Assembly: GCA_023251875.1 (NCBI GenBank)
Contig: JAHEXY010000004.1
Coordinates: 130,359 to 194,358, forward strand
Direction of reading: 5' to 3'
DNA length: 64,000 nucleotides
Source of the DNA: Bacteroidota bacterium
Lineage (GTDB): Bacteria > Bacteroidota > Bacteroidia > JAHEXY01
Position numbers and translations under genes: made by a program. The notes beneath the pieces are model-generated. The model was not told the origin of the DNA and made no database searches. It worked only from the letters and a program-made list of their open reading frames with translations. This document shows positions 30,620 through 40,893 of the stretch, piece after piece; position 1 is the first letter of the stretch, and each line of letters opens with the position of its first letter.

Positions 30620-31102
30620 ATGGTACACTATAGTGAAATGTCGGCAGAATCTAGAGTATGGGTTTACCAAAGTAATCGAGAATTTACATCTACAGAAATT
30701 GCAGAAATAAGAAAAAAAGGTGAGGTATTTGTAAACAATTGGACTGCTCATAAGCAAGAACTGAAAGCATGTTTTGATATATACTATAATTGGTTTATTG
30801 TTCTTATTGTTGATGAGGAACAAGCAAAAGCTTCTGGTTGTTCAATTGACAAATCTATTGCATTTATGAAACAACTAGAAAAAGAATACAACATCAATCT
30901 CTTCGATCGTTTAAATATCTGCTACGTAAAAAACGAAAAAGTAACTTCATGTAAATTAGCAGATTTTGAACCCTTAATTGAAAAAGGTGAAATATCCGGT
31001 TCTACATTTGTATTCAATAATCTTATCCGAACTAAAGAAGATATGGAATGCAATTGGCGAATTCCCCTGAAAGAAAGTTGGCACAAGAAATTTGTAGACT
31101 AA
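30620..31102 (+). CDS. Hypothetical protein
   Basis: 160-aa ORF without assignable motifs; likely start at the internal Met (MSAESRVWVYQ). Confidence 0.45.
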   Translation: MVHYSEMSAESRVWVYQSNREFTSTEIAEIRKKGEVFVNNWTAHKQELKACFDIYYNWFIVLIVDEEQAKASGCSIDKSIAFMKQLEKEYNINLFDRLNICYVKNEKVTSCKLADFEPLIEKGEISGSTFVFNNLIRTKEDMECNWRIPLKESWHKKFVD

Positions 31103-31121
31103 AATTATATACTTCCAAACT

Positions 31122-31157
31122 CCCCTCTCCTTTTTCAAGGAGAGGGATGGGGTGAGG
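31122..31157. repeat. CCCTCTCC/GGAGAGGG hairpin element (member of the CT-rich palindromic family)
   Basis: CCCCTCTCCTTTTTCAAGGAGAGGGATGGGGTGAGG; related copies at 35203-35232, 37171-37208, 37330-37366, 50440-50490. Confidence 0.5.
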
Positions 31158-31242
31158 TTTCAAAATTTTATTTCCCATTATTTTTTACTCCCAAATGTAA
31201 TCCGTATTATTAGGTTTAGATCATTTTAAAAAGCACAAGCTT

Positions 31243-33321
31243 ATGAAAAAACTCATACTCCTTTTTATACTCATATCTACCATTACCAAAGCTCAAGATT
31301 ATAAATGGACCCAATCTTTTGGCGGTACAAATTCTGATTATAGCCGAGGTGTGGTTATTGATAAAGCAGGAAACATGTATATAGCAGGATCTTTTAAAGG
31401 TACTGTAGATTTTAACCCCGGCTCAGGAACCGATTCTCATACTTCAGGCACTTATGATGATATTTATATTGTAAAACTCGATGCCTCAGGAAATTTTATT
31501 TGGGCTAAAACATATGGCAGTGCCGATTACGATTACCCCAATGCTATTGCCATTGATGAATCTGCTAATCTTTATATTGCAGGAACCTTCACGGGAACAA
31601 CAGATCTAAATCCATCTTCATCCAGTACAGATGCGCATACTTCAAATGGTAGTTATGATGTTTTTATTGAAAAACTGGATAGTGCAGGAAAATTTAAATG
31701 GGGGAAATCTTTTGGTGGAACTGGCAGTGATTACGTACGTAGTATTGCATTGGATGCATCAGATAATGTATACGTAACCGGTTATTATGCAGATGAAGTA
31801 GATTTTGATCCGAGTTCAGGCACTGATAAAAATACATCAAAAGGAGGCGATGATGTTTATATTGAAAAACTGGATGCTTCCGGTAATTTTGTTTGGGTTA
31901 CTACTTTTGGCGGAAGCTCTACTGACAAAGGTTATGGCATTGCAACTGATGTTTCAGGTAATGTTTATGTAACAGGAAGTTTTACTGATACAGTAGATTT
32001 TAAACCTTTTTCTATAGTATCGTTTGAACATATTTCAAATGGAGGTACGGATATTTTTGTAGAAAAATTAAATGATGCAGGAAGTGCACAGTGGGTAAGA
32101 ACTTTTGGAAGTACTCAAACCGATTATGGTTTATCACTTGGTATTGATGCATCCAACAATATTTCAGTTACCGGATACTTTGAAGATGTGGCGGATTTTG
32201 ATCCTTCTTCATCAGGAACAGATTCTCATACCTCAAAAGGCGGATATGATGTTTTTGTTCAAAAACTAGATGCTTCCGGAAATTTTAAATGGGCGCAAAC
32301 CTATGGAGGCACGAGTGATGATTATCCTTCTTGCATTGCTACAGATTCTAAAAACGCTAATTATGTAATTGGTAATTTTAAAGGCACTGCCGATTTTGAT
32401 CCTTCCTCATCCGGTACAGATTCCCATACATCTAGCGGAAGCGCAGATATATTTATTCAAAAACTCGATAGTTTAGGAAATTTTCAATGGACCCATACTT
32501 TTGGTGGGAGCTCCGGTGATTATGGATATTATATTACTACAGATGCTTCAAACAATTTGTATTCCTTAGGATATTTCGAATACACCATCGATTTTGATCC
32601 CACATCCGGCACCGATTCCCATACTTCTAATAACGGATATTACGATGTATTTATTAGTAAATATGGTGAGGGTTGTAACAACTCTTATGGCAGTATTAAT
32701 GCAAGTGAATGTTATAGTTATGCTTCTCCAAGCGGTAATTACAATTGGACATCTTCCGGAACGTATACTGATACCATTGCCAATACAGGTGGGTGTGATA
32801 GCATTATTACAATTACTTTAACAATTGAAACGGTTGATACATCAGTAACTTTTTTAAACAATATCTTAGCTGCAAGTGCCAGTAGTGCCACTTTTCAATG
32901 GCTCGATTGCGATAATGGCTATACTTTTGTTACAGCACAAACCAGCCAAATTTTTATTCCTACCAGTTCAGGAAACTATGCTGTAATGGTTACACAAAAT
33001 GGTTGTACGGATACGAGTTCTTGTTATGCAATTACAGTAGTTGATACGGGATCAGGAAGCAGCATTCAAGAAAATAGTTTTGAAAAAAATATTACTATCT
33101 CTCCTAATCCAACAAAGGGAGCATTAAATATTTTGCTCGAAAAAAATTACAATACCATTGAATTAGAAATTCATAATTGCTTGGGTGAAAAAATAGAAAA
33201 ACAAATTTATAGCAATACCCAAACTATTAATCTTACTATTAATGCGCCACAAGGAATTTATTTCTTAATGCTTAAAAACGATCAAGAACAAAAAGCACTT
33301 ATAAAAGTACTTAAAGAATAA
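31243..33321 (+). CDS. Secreted SBBP beta-propeller-repeat protein with T9SS type-A C-terminal sorting domain
   Basis: At least eight repeats of the form SGxDxxxxIxxDxxGNxY..G.F.GTxDFxP.SG.D; C-terminus ISPNPTKGALNIL...GIYFLML. Confidence 0.75.
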   Translation: MKKLILLFILISTITKAQDYKWTQSFGGTNSDYSRGVVIDKAGNMYIAGSFKGTVDFNPGSGTDSHTSGTYDDIYIVKLDASGNFIWAKTYGSADYDYPNAIAIDESANLYIAGTFTGTTDLNPSSSSTDAHTSNGSYDVFIEKLDSAGKFKWGKSFGGTGSDYVRSIALDASDNVYVTGYYADEVDFDPSSGTDKNTSKGGDDVYIEKLDASGNFVWVTTFGGSSTDKGYGIATDVSGNVYVTGSFTDTVDFKPFSIVSFEHISNGGTDIFVEKLNDAGSAQWVRTFGSTQTDYGLSLGIDASNNISVTGYFEDVADFDPSSSGTDSHTSKGGYDVFVQKLDASGNFKWAQTYGGTSDDYPSCIATDSKNANYVIGNFKGTADFDPSSSGTDSHTSSGSADIFIQKLDSLGNFQWTHTFGGSSGDYGYYITTDASNNLYSLGYFEYTIDFDPTSGTDSHTSNNGYYDVFISKYGEGCNNSYGSINASECYSYASPSGNYNWTSSGTYTDTIANTGGCDSIITITLTIETVDTSVTFLNNILAASASSATFQWLDCDNGYTFVTAQTSQIFIPTSSGNYAVMVTQNGCTDTSSCYAITVVDTGSGSSIQENSFEKNITISPNPTKGALNILLEKNYNTIELEIHNCLGEKIEKQIYSNTQTINLTINAPQGIYFLMLKNDQEQKALIKVLKE

Positions 33322-33342
33322 GATGATAAATTTAGACTCTGC

Positions 33343-33909
33343 TTACAGTTTGTTTTTCATGAGCAATTGCATTGCTTGATAAATTGCAATTCCCACAAGG
33401 CTGCCAACAATTGCTCCTGCCAATACATCAGTAGGATAATGTACACCCAAATAAATTCTACTATAACATAAGAGTAATGCCCAAAATAGCATAGCCCACC
33501 ATAAATATTTTATTTTGTCTTTAATTTGGGGTGTAAGAAAAACCAAAATGCTAAAAGAATTAGCAGCATGCGAAGAAACAAATCCATAAGTACCGCCACA
33601 ACTATTATTTACTAAATGCAAAGAGTTTTGGATTTCAGTATTATGACAAGGTCTTAATCGCTGAACCAATTCTTTAAAAAGGTGAACTGAAATTTGATCT
33701 GAAAGTGTAATGGTAATGATTGCGAAAAAGACAATCAGAATACTGTCTTTTTTATAATGTTTAATCAGCAAAGCAACGATGAGAATATAAAACGGAATCC
33801 AGGTAAAACGTTCAGATGCCTGAAACATAATAAAATCAAGCCATTCTGTATGGAGGCCATTAATTTTTAAAAGAAGCCCAATATCGATATTTTTTAATTG
33901 TTCAATCAA
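33343..33909 (-). CDS. PAP2-family phosphatase (membrane)
   Basis: Motifs SFVSSHAANSFS and GVHYPTDVLAG. Confidence 0.75.
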   Translation of the reverse strand: MIEQLKNIDIGLLLKINGLHTEWLDFIMFQASERFTWIPFYILIVALLIKHYKKDSILIVFFAIITITLSDQISVHLFKELVQRLRPCHNTEIQNSLHLVNNSCGGTYGFVSSHAANSFSILVFLTPQIKDKIKYLWWAMLFWALLLCYSRIYLGVHYPTDVLAGAIVGSLVGIAIYQAMQLLMKNKL

Positions 33910-33953
33910 TTTCTCAATTATAACATTGAACTTAAAAACGTTGAACGACTAAT

Positions 33954-34032
33954 GGCTTTTAAAAAATTTATTATTTATTTCCTCTCCCTACCCTCTCAAA
34001 GAGAGGGACAAAAATGATAATTTTTAAAAGCC
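33954..34032. repeat. MITE-like element copy (TIRs GGCTTTTAAAAAATTT / AATTTTTAAAAGCC; core CCTCTCCCTACCCTCTCAAAGAGAGGGA)
   Basis: Same architecture as 25810-25895 and 55910-55992, in inverted orientation relative to the 25810 copy. Confidence 0.6.
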
Positions 34033-34033
34033 A

Positions 34034-35020
34034 TTATTCGTTAAGATTTTTCCAAAGTAAATCTTTTAATTCAGTAATACCCTTATCTGTAACTGCTGAA
34101 ATAAATACATGAGGAATATCCGGTAATTTTTTAGTGAGTTTTTTTACTGCTTTGGCATCAATCAAATCTAGTTTTGTGATTGCCAATATTCTTTTCTTAT
34201 CAAGCAACTCGGGATTATACTGTTCCAGCTCATTTACCAAAACCTCATATTCATGTTTGATATTTTCAGAATCAGCGGCCACCATAAAAAGTAAAATGGA
34301 GTTTCTTTCAATATGTCTCAGAAATCGTAAGCCTAAACCCTTGCCTTCATGAGCTCCTTCTATAATGCCCGGTATATCGGCCATTACAAAAGACTGAAAA
34401 TCTCTATAGGCTACAATTCCTAAATTAGGAACCAATGTAGTAAACGGGTAATTACCAATTTTAGGTTTTGCTGCAGACACTACCGAAAGTAAAGTTGATT
34501 TACCTGCATTTGGAAATCCCACCAATCCCACATCAGCCAATATTTTTAATTCTAGAACTTTCCAAGATTCTTGGCCTTCTTCTCCTGGTTGCGCATAACG
34601 CGGAGTTTGTTTAGTAGGCGTTTTAAAATGAGCATTACCCATGCCTCCTTTTCCTCCAGATACTAAAATTCTTTCTTCTCCTTCCTCTGTAATTTCAAAA
34701 AGTATTTTTCCGGTTTCAAAATCTTTAGCAACTGTACCAAGTGGTACTTCAAGAATTACATCTTCACCGGTTCGTCCGGTACACATACCGCCTTGCCCAT
34801 TTTTCCCATCTTGGGCAACCACATGTTTACGGTATTTAAGATGAATAAGCGTCCAAAGTTGTTTGTTACCTTTTAAAATTACACTTCCTCCTTTACCTCC
34901 ATCCCCACCATCGGGCCCACCTTGAGCGGTAAATTTATCTCTATACAAATGAACAGAACCTGCCCCACCCTTTCCGGACTTACAATTTATTTTTACGTAA
35001 TCTACAAAGTTTGATTCCAC
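34034..35020 (-). CDS. obg: GTPase Obg
   Basis: Obg fold N-terminus [21 protein letters not shown], glycine-rich [15 protein letters not shown]-binding motifs GFPNAGKST. The longest ORF starts at a TTG at 35071 inside a repeated leader motif; the GTG at 35020 gives a typical Obg N-terminus ([11 protein letters not shown]). Confidence 0.85.
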   Translation of the reverse strand: MESNFVDYVKINCKSGKGGAGSVHLYRDKFTAQGGPDGGDGGKGGSVILKGNKQLWTLIHLKYRKHVVAQDGKNGQGGMCTGRTGEDVILEVPLGTVAKDFETGKILFEITEEGEERILVSGGKGGMGNAHFKTPTKQTPRYAQPGEEGQESWKVLELKILADVGLVGFPNAGKSTLLSVVSAAKPKIGNYPFTTLVPNLGIVAYRDFQSFVMADIPGIIEGAHEGKGLGLRFLRHIERNSILLFMVAADSENIKHEYEVLVNELEQYNPELLDKKRILAITKLDLIDAKAVKKLTKKLPDIPHVFISAVTDKGITELKDLLWKNLNE

Positions 35021-35221
35021 AGGTTTTAGTTCTAGGTTTAACAGTTCAAAGTTATAAAGTTCAATGTTCAATTTACCATTCTTTATAACTTATGTAAAAT
35101 AATTTATCTTGCGTTTAATTAAATGCAATAACTGAAAGAAGTTTTTTATTTTCTCTAGACTTGATAGAGTAAATATCAAAATAAATCTAAGAAGATTTTA
35201 TTCTCTCCCCTTTGGGGAGAG

Positions 35222-35806
35222 CTAGAGAGGGGTTTTACAATTATCAATTGCATTACTCAAGCGCGAAGTTATTTCTTCCACTTCTCCAATACCATTAATA
35301 GCAACATGTTTATTTTGTTTGCTATAATAATTCATTACCGGAGTAGTTTCATTGGTATAAACGTCAATACGTTTTTTAATTATGTTTTCGTCTTTATCAT
35401 CACTCCTACCTGACGACTCTCCTCTACCAAGTAATCTTTTAATTAATTCATCCCTGTCAACATTTAAAGACAATAAAACAGTAATAGATTCTCCCATTTT
35501 AGTAAGCATAGCATCTAATGCCTCAGATTGGGCCACCGTTCTTGGAAATCCATCAAAAATAAATCCTTCAGCATTTGGATTTTTCTTTACTTCTGATTCT
35601 AACATTTTAATGGTTACTTCATCAGGCACTAATTGTCCGGCATCAATAAAGCTCTTAGCTAAAGTGCCCAATTCAGTTGCTCCTTTAATATTGGCTCTAA
35701 AAATATCTCCGGTTGAAATATGTACAAGGTTATATTTAGTAATGAGAAGCGATGCTTGTGTACCTTTACCGGCTCCGGGAGGGCCAAATAGAATGATGTT
35801 CAACAT
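35222..35806 (-). CDS. adk: Adenylate kinase
   Basis: P-loop GPPGAGKGTQ; AMP-binding and LID segments. Confidence 0.9.
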   Translation of the reverse strand: MLNIILFGPPGAGKGTQASLLITKYNLVHISTGDIFRANIKGATELGTLAKSFIDAGQLVPDEVTIKMLESEVKKNPNAEGFIFDGFPRTVAQSEALDAMLTKMGESITVLLSLNVDRDELIKRLLGRGESSGRSDDKDENIIKKRIDVYTNETTPVMNYYSKQNKHVAINGIGEVEEITSRLSNAIDNCKTPL

Positions 35807-35885
35807 TGTTTTTATATGATTAAGTGAAACTTAAGCTTTATTAACGATGGCAAAGATACGGTTTTTAAACGGATATTTTTAACTT

Positions 35886-36392
35886 GTGCACCTTAATGTT
35901 AAAGCCATGATACGCAATCAATACTTAAGCTTAGTATTTTTAGTTGTTGCAAGCTTAAATGCTTGTTCTCAAGACAAAAGCAAAACAGAAACAAAACAAA
36001 AAACGGATAGCACTATGCATTACAATAAACTTACACCCGAAGAAGAAAATGTAATTATTAATAAAGGAACTGAAAGGCCTTATAGCGGTCAATATTATAA
36101 ATTTACTGAAACCGGAACTTATGCTTGCAAAAGATGCAATGCTCCATTGTATCGATCAGGCGATAAATTTGATGCCGGTTGTGGTTGGCCAAGTTTTGAT
36201 GATGAAATTAAAGGAGCAGTAAAAAGAGTTCCGGATGCTGACGGAGAACGCACTGAAATTATTTGTGCTAATTGCGGAGCACATTTAGGCCATGTTTTTT
36301 TAAACGAAGGCTTAACGGATAAAGAAACACGACACTGTGTTAATTCTGTTTCATTGATTTTTATTCCTGGGGCAAAAGATTCGGTAAAGTAA
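35886..36392 (+). CDS. msrB: Peptide-methionine (R)-S-oxide reductase MsrB (with signal peptide)
   Basis: Zinc-binding CxxC pairs ([20 protein letters not shown]); catalytic GCGWPSF. Confidence 0.85.
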   Translation: MHLNVKAMIRNQYLSLVFLVVASLNACSQDKSKTETKQKTDSTMHYNKLTPEEENVIINKGTERPYSGQYYKFTETGTYACKRCNAPLYRSGDKFDAGCGWPSFDDEIKGAVKRVPDADGERTEIICANCGAHLGHVFLNEGLTDKETRHCVNSVSLIFIPGAKDSVK

Positions 36393-36403
36393 AATATTTA
36401 ATT

Positions 36404-36551
36404 AACCACATAGATACATAGAAAATTAGAAGCTTCGCTTTACATAGATAATTTTTCAACAGTTATTATGTCGTAACCCATTTATCATTTATATATCTAT
36501 GTTTTAAAAATTTATTTCTATGTATTTTAAAAACTATGTATCTATGTGGTT
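36404..36551. repeat. 148-bp element bounded by perfect 18-bp inverted repeats (AACCACATAGATACATAG / CTATGTATCTATGTGGTT)
   Basis: Inverted repeats at 36404-36421 and 36534-36551 between convergent genes; internal CATAGATA/TATCTATG sub-repeats. Confidence 0.55.
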
Positions 36552-36562
36552 TTATTTTTTTT

Positions 36563-37150
36563 CTATTTGGTTATAAACTTAGGCTGATGAGCCGGCCTTG
36601 TATTTACATTTCCTTTTTGAATAGTTAAACGATAATTTAATTTGCCTTCTTTCTTTTCAATAATCACAGGAACAGTATCACTTACTACATCTATACCGGT
36701 TTTATAACTTTCATCATAATGCATGTGATAGCCTTCAGGATCGCAAATAAGCATAAAATAAGTATCCATTCCATCAGCACCGGGCACACCATTGGGTTCT
36801 CCCGGTTGACCAAGGTTAATCCATATTTCATAAGTACCGTACCAATATTCTTCCGGATTTACAAAATATTCAAAATTATAAGTACCGGGAGCAGTTTCAT
36901 AATAATAACCTAAATCAGGGTTATATGGAATAGACGAATTATCATCCCAATAACTATAAGGAGCATACGTTTCGTAATCAACACCAAAAAATGCCAAACC
37001 ATCACGACCAAATGGTCCCGGAGCATTGTTTACTACCACAACATCACATCCATTAAAAAAGAGCAGGCTTATTATTGATAATAAGAGTACAAGAAATTTT
37101 ATTTGAGTTTTCATAAAACAAAAATGATTGGTTCTACTGTGTAGAACCAA
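36563..37150 (-). CDS. Hypothetical lipoprotein
   Basis: Signal peptide with lipobox (LFFNGC); Tyr/Pro-rich mature region. Confidence 0.5.
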   Translation of the reverse strand: MVLHSRTNHFCFMKTQIKFLVLLLSIISLLFFNGCDVVVVNNAPGPFGRDGLAFFGVDYETYAPYSYWDDNSSIPYNPDLGYYYETAPGTYNFEYFVNPEEYWYGTYEIWINLGQPGEPNGVPGADGMDTYFMLICDPEGYHMHYDESYKTGIDVVSDTVPVIIEKKEGKLNYRLTIQKGNVNTRPAHQPKFITK

Positions 37151-37367
37151 TCATCGTGCCAGAAATTAAGCCCTCTCCCTCAATCCCTCTCCCAAAAGGA
37201 GAGAGAAGAAAGCCTTGAGCCTAGTATATATTATAACTTCTTAGACTTACTATTTTAAAAACATAAAAAAAATGAATTTTAAAAAATCAGACTTTCAAAT
37301 CAAAGTACATTCTTTAATCAGAGAACTTCCCTTCTCCCTTCGGGAGAAGGGCTAGGGATGAGGGCTT

Positions 37368-39422
37368 TTACCAAATTTTTATTCTCTTATCCTTTGGCTT
37401 ATACATCTTATCACCTTCTTTCATTCCAAAAGCTTCTTGAAAAGCATCCAGATTGGTAAGTGGAGCAAAACCTCTTATATCTTTTGGTGCATGTGGATCT
37501 GTAATAATTCTTTGTTTACGATCTTCATCAGTAGATGTATATTTCCATGAATTTGCCCAAGCCATAAAATATCTTTGCTCAGCAGAAAATCCATAAAGGG
37601 AATCTTTTCCTGCATTTGAATGTTGAAGTGCATCAAGTGCGATTGTGATACCCCCTAAATCGGCAATATTTTCACCTAATGTTAATGCACCATTTACATG
37701 AATTGTATCAAGCACCGTATAATTATTAAACTGCTCAACAATAGCTCCGGTTTTAGCAACAAATTTTGTTGAATCTTCACTAGTCCACCAATTTTTTAGA
37801 TTACCATCAGCATCAAATTGTCGTCCTTCATCATCAAATCCATGAGTCATTTCATGACCAATCACGGCACCAATAGCACCATAGTTATAGGCATCATCAA
37901 CATTCATATCAAAAAATGGTGGTTGTAAAATACCGGCCGGGAAAACAATTTCATTAAGTGAAGGATTATAATAAGCATTTACTTCTTGCGGATTCATGAT
38001 CCATTCTGTTCTATCAACAGGCTTTCCAATTTTAGCTAACTTTCTATTGTATTCAAAAGCATTCGCTCTCATTACATTTATTACATAAGCTTGTGTTGGA
38101 TCAATTTCAAGACTTGAATAATCTCTCCATTTATCTGGGTATCCAATCTTAATTAAAAATTTATCCAATTTCGCAATAGCTTTTTGTTTTGTTGCATCAC
38201 TCATCCAATCTAAATTCTGTAATCTGGTTTTAAAAGTAGCCTGCATATTTTTTACCATATCAAGTACTCTTTGTTTAGCTTCTGGGGTAAATGATTTTTC
38301 AACAAATAATTTTCCTAATGCCATCCCTAAATTTGCATTAATGCTTAGCATTGTTCTTTCCCATCTTGGTTTGTTTTCCTTTTGACCTTGCAAAATTGAT
38401 CCATTAAAATGGAAGAACTCGTTTACAAAATCATCACTTAAAGCACCCCCGAAATTTGAAACTACCGCCCATCTTAAATATGTTTTCCAGATATCAAGAG
38501 GTTCTGTTTGTATTAATTTATCTAGTCCTTTAAAATAATCTGGTTGAGAAACAATAACAGTATCAACTAATGGAAGTCCAATTTTAGAATTCACCTCAAG
38601 CCAATTAATAGAAGGGGTTATTTTGGCAAAATCTTTTACTGAATACTTATGATAGGTTGCATAAGGATTTCTCATTGTTAATCTATCCATAGAAATTTCA
38701 GCCATTTTAGTTTCAAGTGCAAGAATAGTTTCAGCTTGTTTCCTAGCCGTAGCAAATGCATCTCCCATTAATTGAAACACATTAGTCATGTGTTTTACAT
38801 ATTCATCACGTATTCTTTTTGAGTCCTCATCATTTTTCAAATAATAATCTCTGTCAGGCAAAGAAATTCCTCCCTGATAAAAATATGGTACAATGGCATT
38901 ACTGTTAGTTTGATCTTGATCTGCATAAACACCAAAAACAATTTGAATAGCCTGAGACTGAAATGCTGTAATTATATCTACCAATTGTTTTTTATCATTG
39001 ATATTTTTTATTTGATCAAAAAATGGAGTAAGTGGTTGTACGCCTAATTTATTAATGGAAATAGAATCCATCCCACACTTATAAAAATCTCCTATTTTTT
39101 GTTTATCACTCCCTTTAGGAGAATTAGAATTTGCAGCTTCTTCTAATATTTCCTTCAAAATAATTTTATTGTTTTCATTTACCTGGTTAAAACTTGTCCA
39201 TGAAGATTCAGTAGAAGGAACCGGATTATTTTTTAACCATTTTCCAACAGCCCATTTATAAAAATCATTAGCAGGAGATTCAGAAGAATCAATATAGGAT
39301 AAAAATACAGGTAGGGGTTTATCTGATTTTTTTTCTTCTTTAGTTTGATTGGTGCAAGAAATAATGAAACCACTAACTAAAAAAGCTAGAAGAAATAATT
39401 TAATCGTATTTTTTTTGTACAT
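37368..39422 (-). CDS. M13-family zinc metallopeptidase (neprilysin/PepO-like)
   Basis: HExxH zinc motif VIGHEMTHGFD, ENIADLGG, NAYY motif; lipoprotein-like signal. Confidence 0.85.
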   Translation of the reverse strand: MYKKNTIKLFLLAFLVSGFIISCTNQTKEEKKSDKPLPVFLSYIDSSESPANDFYKWAVGKWLKNNPVPSTESSWTSFNQVNENNKIILKEILEEAANSNSPKGSDKQKIGDFYKCGMDSISINKLGVQPLTPFFDQIKNINDKKQLVDIITAFQSQAIQIVFGVYADQDQTNSNAIVPYFYQGGISLPDRDYYLKNDEDSKRIRDEYVKHMTNVFQLMGDAFATARKQAETILALETKMAEISMDRLTMRNPYATYHKYSVKDFAKITPSINWLEVNSKIGLPLVDTVIVSQPDYFKGLDKLIQTEPLDIWKTYLRWAVVSNFGGALSDDFVNEFFHFNGSILQGQKENKPRWERTMLSINANLGMALGKLFVEKSFTPEAKQRVLDMVKNMQATFKTRLQNLDWMSDATKQKAIAKLDKFLIKIGYPDKWRDYSSLEIDPTQAYVINVMRANAFEYNRKLAKIGKPVDRTEWIMNPQEVNAYYNPSLNEIVFPAGILQPPFFDMNVDDAYNYGAIGAVIGHEMTHGFDDEGRQFDADGNLKNWWTSEDSTKFVAKTGAIVEQFNNYTVLDTIHVNGALTLGENIADLGGITIALDALQHSNAGKDSLYGFSAEQRYFMAWANSWKYTSTDEDRKQRIITDPHAPKDIRGFAPLTNLDAFQEAFGMKEGDKMYKPKDKRIKIW

Positions 39423-39626
39423 AAAGAGAATTTTATTTGTTAAAGGGGCAAAGATAAAGATTTGGTTGGAATTTTAACTATGAAAGTTGGAAGTCAGAAG
39501 ACGGGAGACAGAAGTTGGAAGTTAGAAGAACGTGTTAATTTATTTTCTAAGAATGAATCTTATTAAAAACACAAAAGCACGATAACCTTTGGCTACCGTG
39601 CTTTGTGAAGCTTTTAACTTTGCTAA

Positions 39627-39710
39627 TTACTTCTTTTTAGAAGTTTTCTTAGCAGCAGTTTTTTTAGCAGCTGGTTTTTTAGCTGCAGCTTTTTTTGTTG
39701 TCTTTGCCAT
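39627..39710 (-). CDS. Candidate small lysine/alanine-rich basic protein (27 aa, histone-H1-like tail composition)
   Basis: Own translation of the minus strand gives MAKTTKKAAAKKPAAKKTAAKKTSKKK; a hairpin (AAAGCACG...CGTGCTTT) followed by TTGTGTTTTT lies immediately downstream on the same strand; not present in the ORF track because of length. Confidence 0.3.
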   Translation of the reverse strand: MAKTTKKAAAKKPAAKKTAAKKTSKKK

Positions 39711-39846
39711 AGTTGTAAAATTTAATTGGTTAATAAAAAACTTTAATTAATTTATAAAAGTTTTGATAAAAATACAAATTAATTTTCATGTATGTCAACA
39801 AATAAATGTCGAAATTTGTTAACAATAAAAATCTAATACGACCTGA

Positions 39847-40893
39847 ATGCCTGTAAAAACAATAGATTGCGATATGTTAATAAGTGTGAATAACGTTTCG
39901 ATAATTGATGTACGTTCTCCTAAAGAATTTTTTCAAGGACATATTTTTGCTGCGCACAACATTCCTCTTTTTGAAAATGAGGAAAGAGAAGAAGTCGGAA
40001 AGGCCTATAAACAAAGGGGAAGAGAAGATGCAATTGAATTAGGATTAAAAATTGTTGGATCAAAACTTCACGAATTTATTTCTCGCACAAAAAAAATTTC
40101 ACCAGAAAAAAAAATAATTATTCATTGTTGGAGAGGAGGAATGCGATCAGAAAGTTTTGCATGGCTTTTAAATTTAGCAGGATTTGAAGTTTACAAATTA
40201 CATAAAGGATATAAAGCATACAGAAATTTTGTTCTTCAAACTTTCGAAAAAAAAATCCAAATAATTATTCTTGGTGGAATGACGGGAAGTAGGAAATCAG
40301 AAATTTTAAAATCAATTGCAGATGCGGGAGAACAAATAATAGATCTTGAAAGCCTTGCCAATCATAAAGGTTCAGCATTCGGGCAAATAGGAATGCACCC
40401 TCAACCAACACAAGAACAATTTGAAAATAATTTATCTCATGCTCTAAATAAATTAGATGTAACCAAACCTATTTGGGTGGAAGACGAAAGTCATGCCGTT
40501 GGATTGGTTAGAATTCCCAACGCATTATTTTCTCAAATGCGAGAGGCGCCTGTTGTAAAAATTGAAGTAAGCAAAGAAGAAAGAGTAAAACATCTTATTA
40601 ATGGATATGCATCTGCGCCTTATGGAGAATTAAAAAATGCATTGGAGAAAATTCAAAAACGCTTAGGCGGATTAAATACATCATTAGCACTTGACGCATT
40701 AGAAAAAAAAGATTTTGCCGCTGTTGCATCATTATCATTGGAATATTATGATAAAGCATATAATTTTGGCCTTGCTAAACGATCACCATATAATATTTAT
40801 AATTTAGCACTTGAAAAAATTTCAGATAAAGAAAACGCAAATAAAATAATTGAATATGCCTACAACAACATTACCTACAGAAAAAGAAGTTAA
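39847..40893 (+). CDS. mnmH: tRNA 2-selenouridine synthase MnmH (rhodanese + P-loop domains)
   Basis: Rhodanese active-site region [13 protein letters not shown]; P-loop-like [10 protein letters not shown]. Confidence 0.8.
   Translation: MPVKTIDCDMLISVNNVSIIDVRSPKEFFQGHIFAAHNIPLFENEEREEVGKAYKQRGREDAIELGLKIVGSKLHEFISRTKKISPEKKIIIHCWRGGMRSESFAWLLNLAGFEVYKLHKGYKAYRNFVLQTFEKKIQIIILGGMTGSRKSEILKSIADAGEQIIDLESLANHKGSAFGQIGMHPQPTQEQFENNLSHALNKLDVTKPIWVEDESHAVGLVRIPNALFSQMREAPVVKIEVSKEERVKHLINGYASAPYGELKNALEKIQKRLGGLNTSLALDALEKKDFAAVASLSLEYYDKAYNFGLAKRSPYNIYNLALEKISDKENANKIIEYAYNNITYRKRS

Noticed and set aside
39440-39540. Direct repeats AAGTTGGAAGT / CAGAAG upstream of mnmH as a repeat element
   Set aside because: Only short purine-rich direct repeats within one intergenic region, with no second locus; left as low-complexity sequence.
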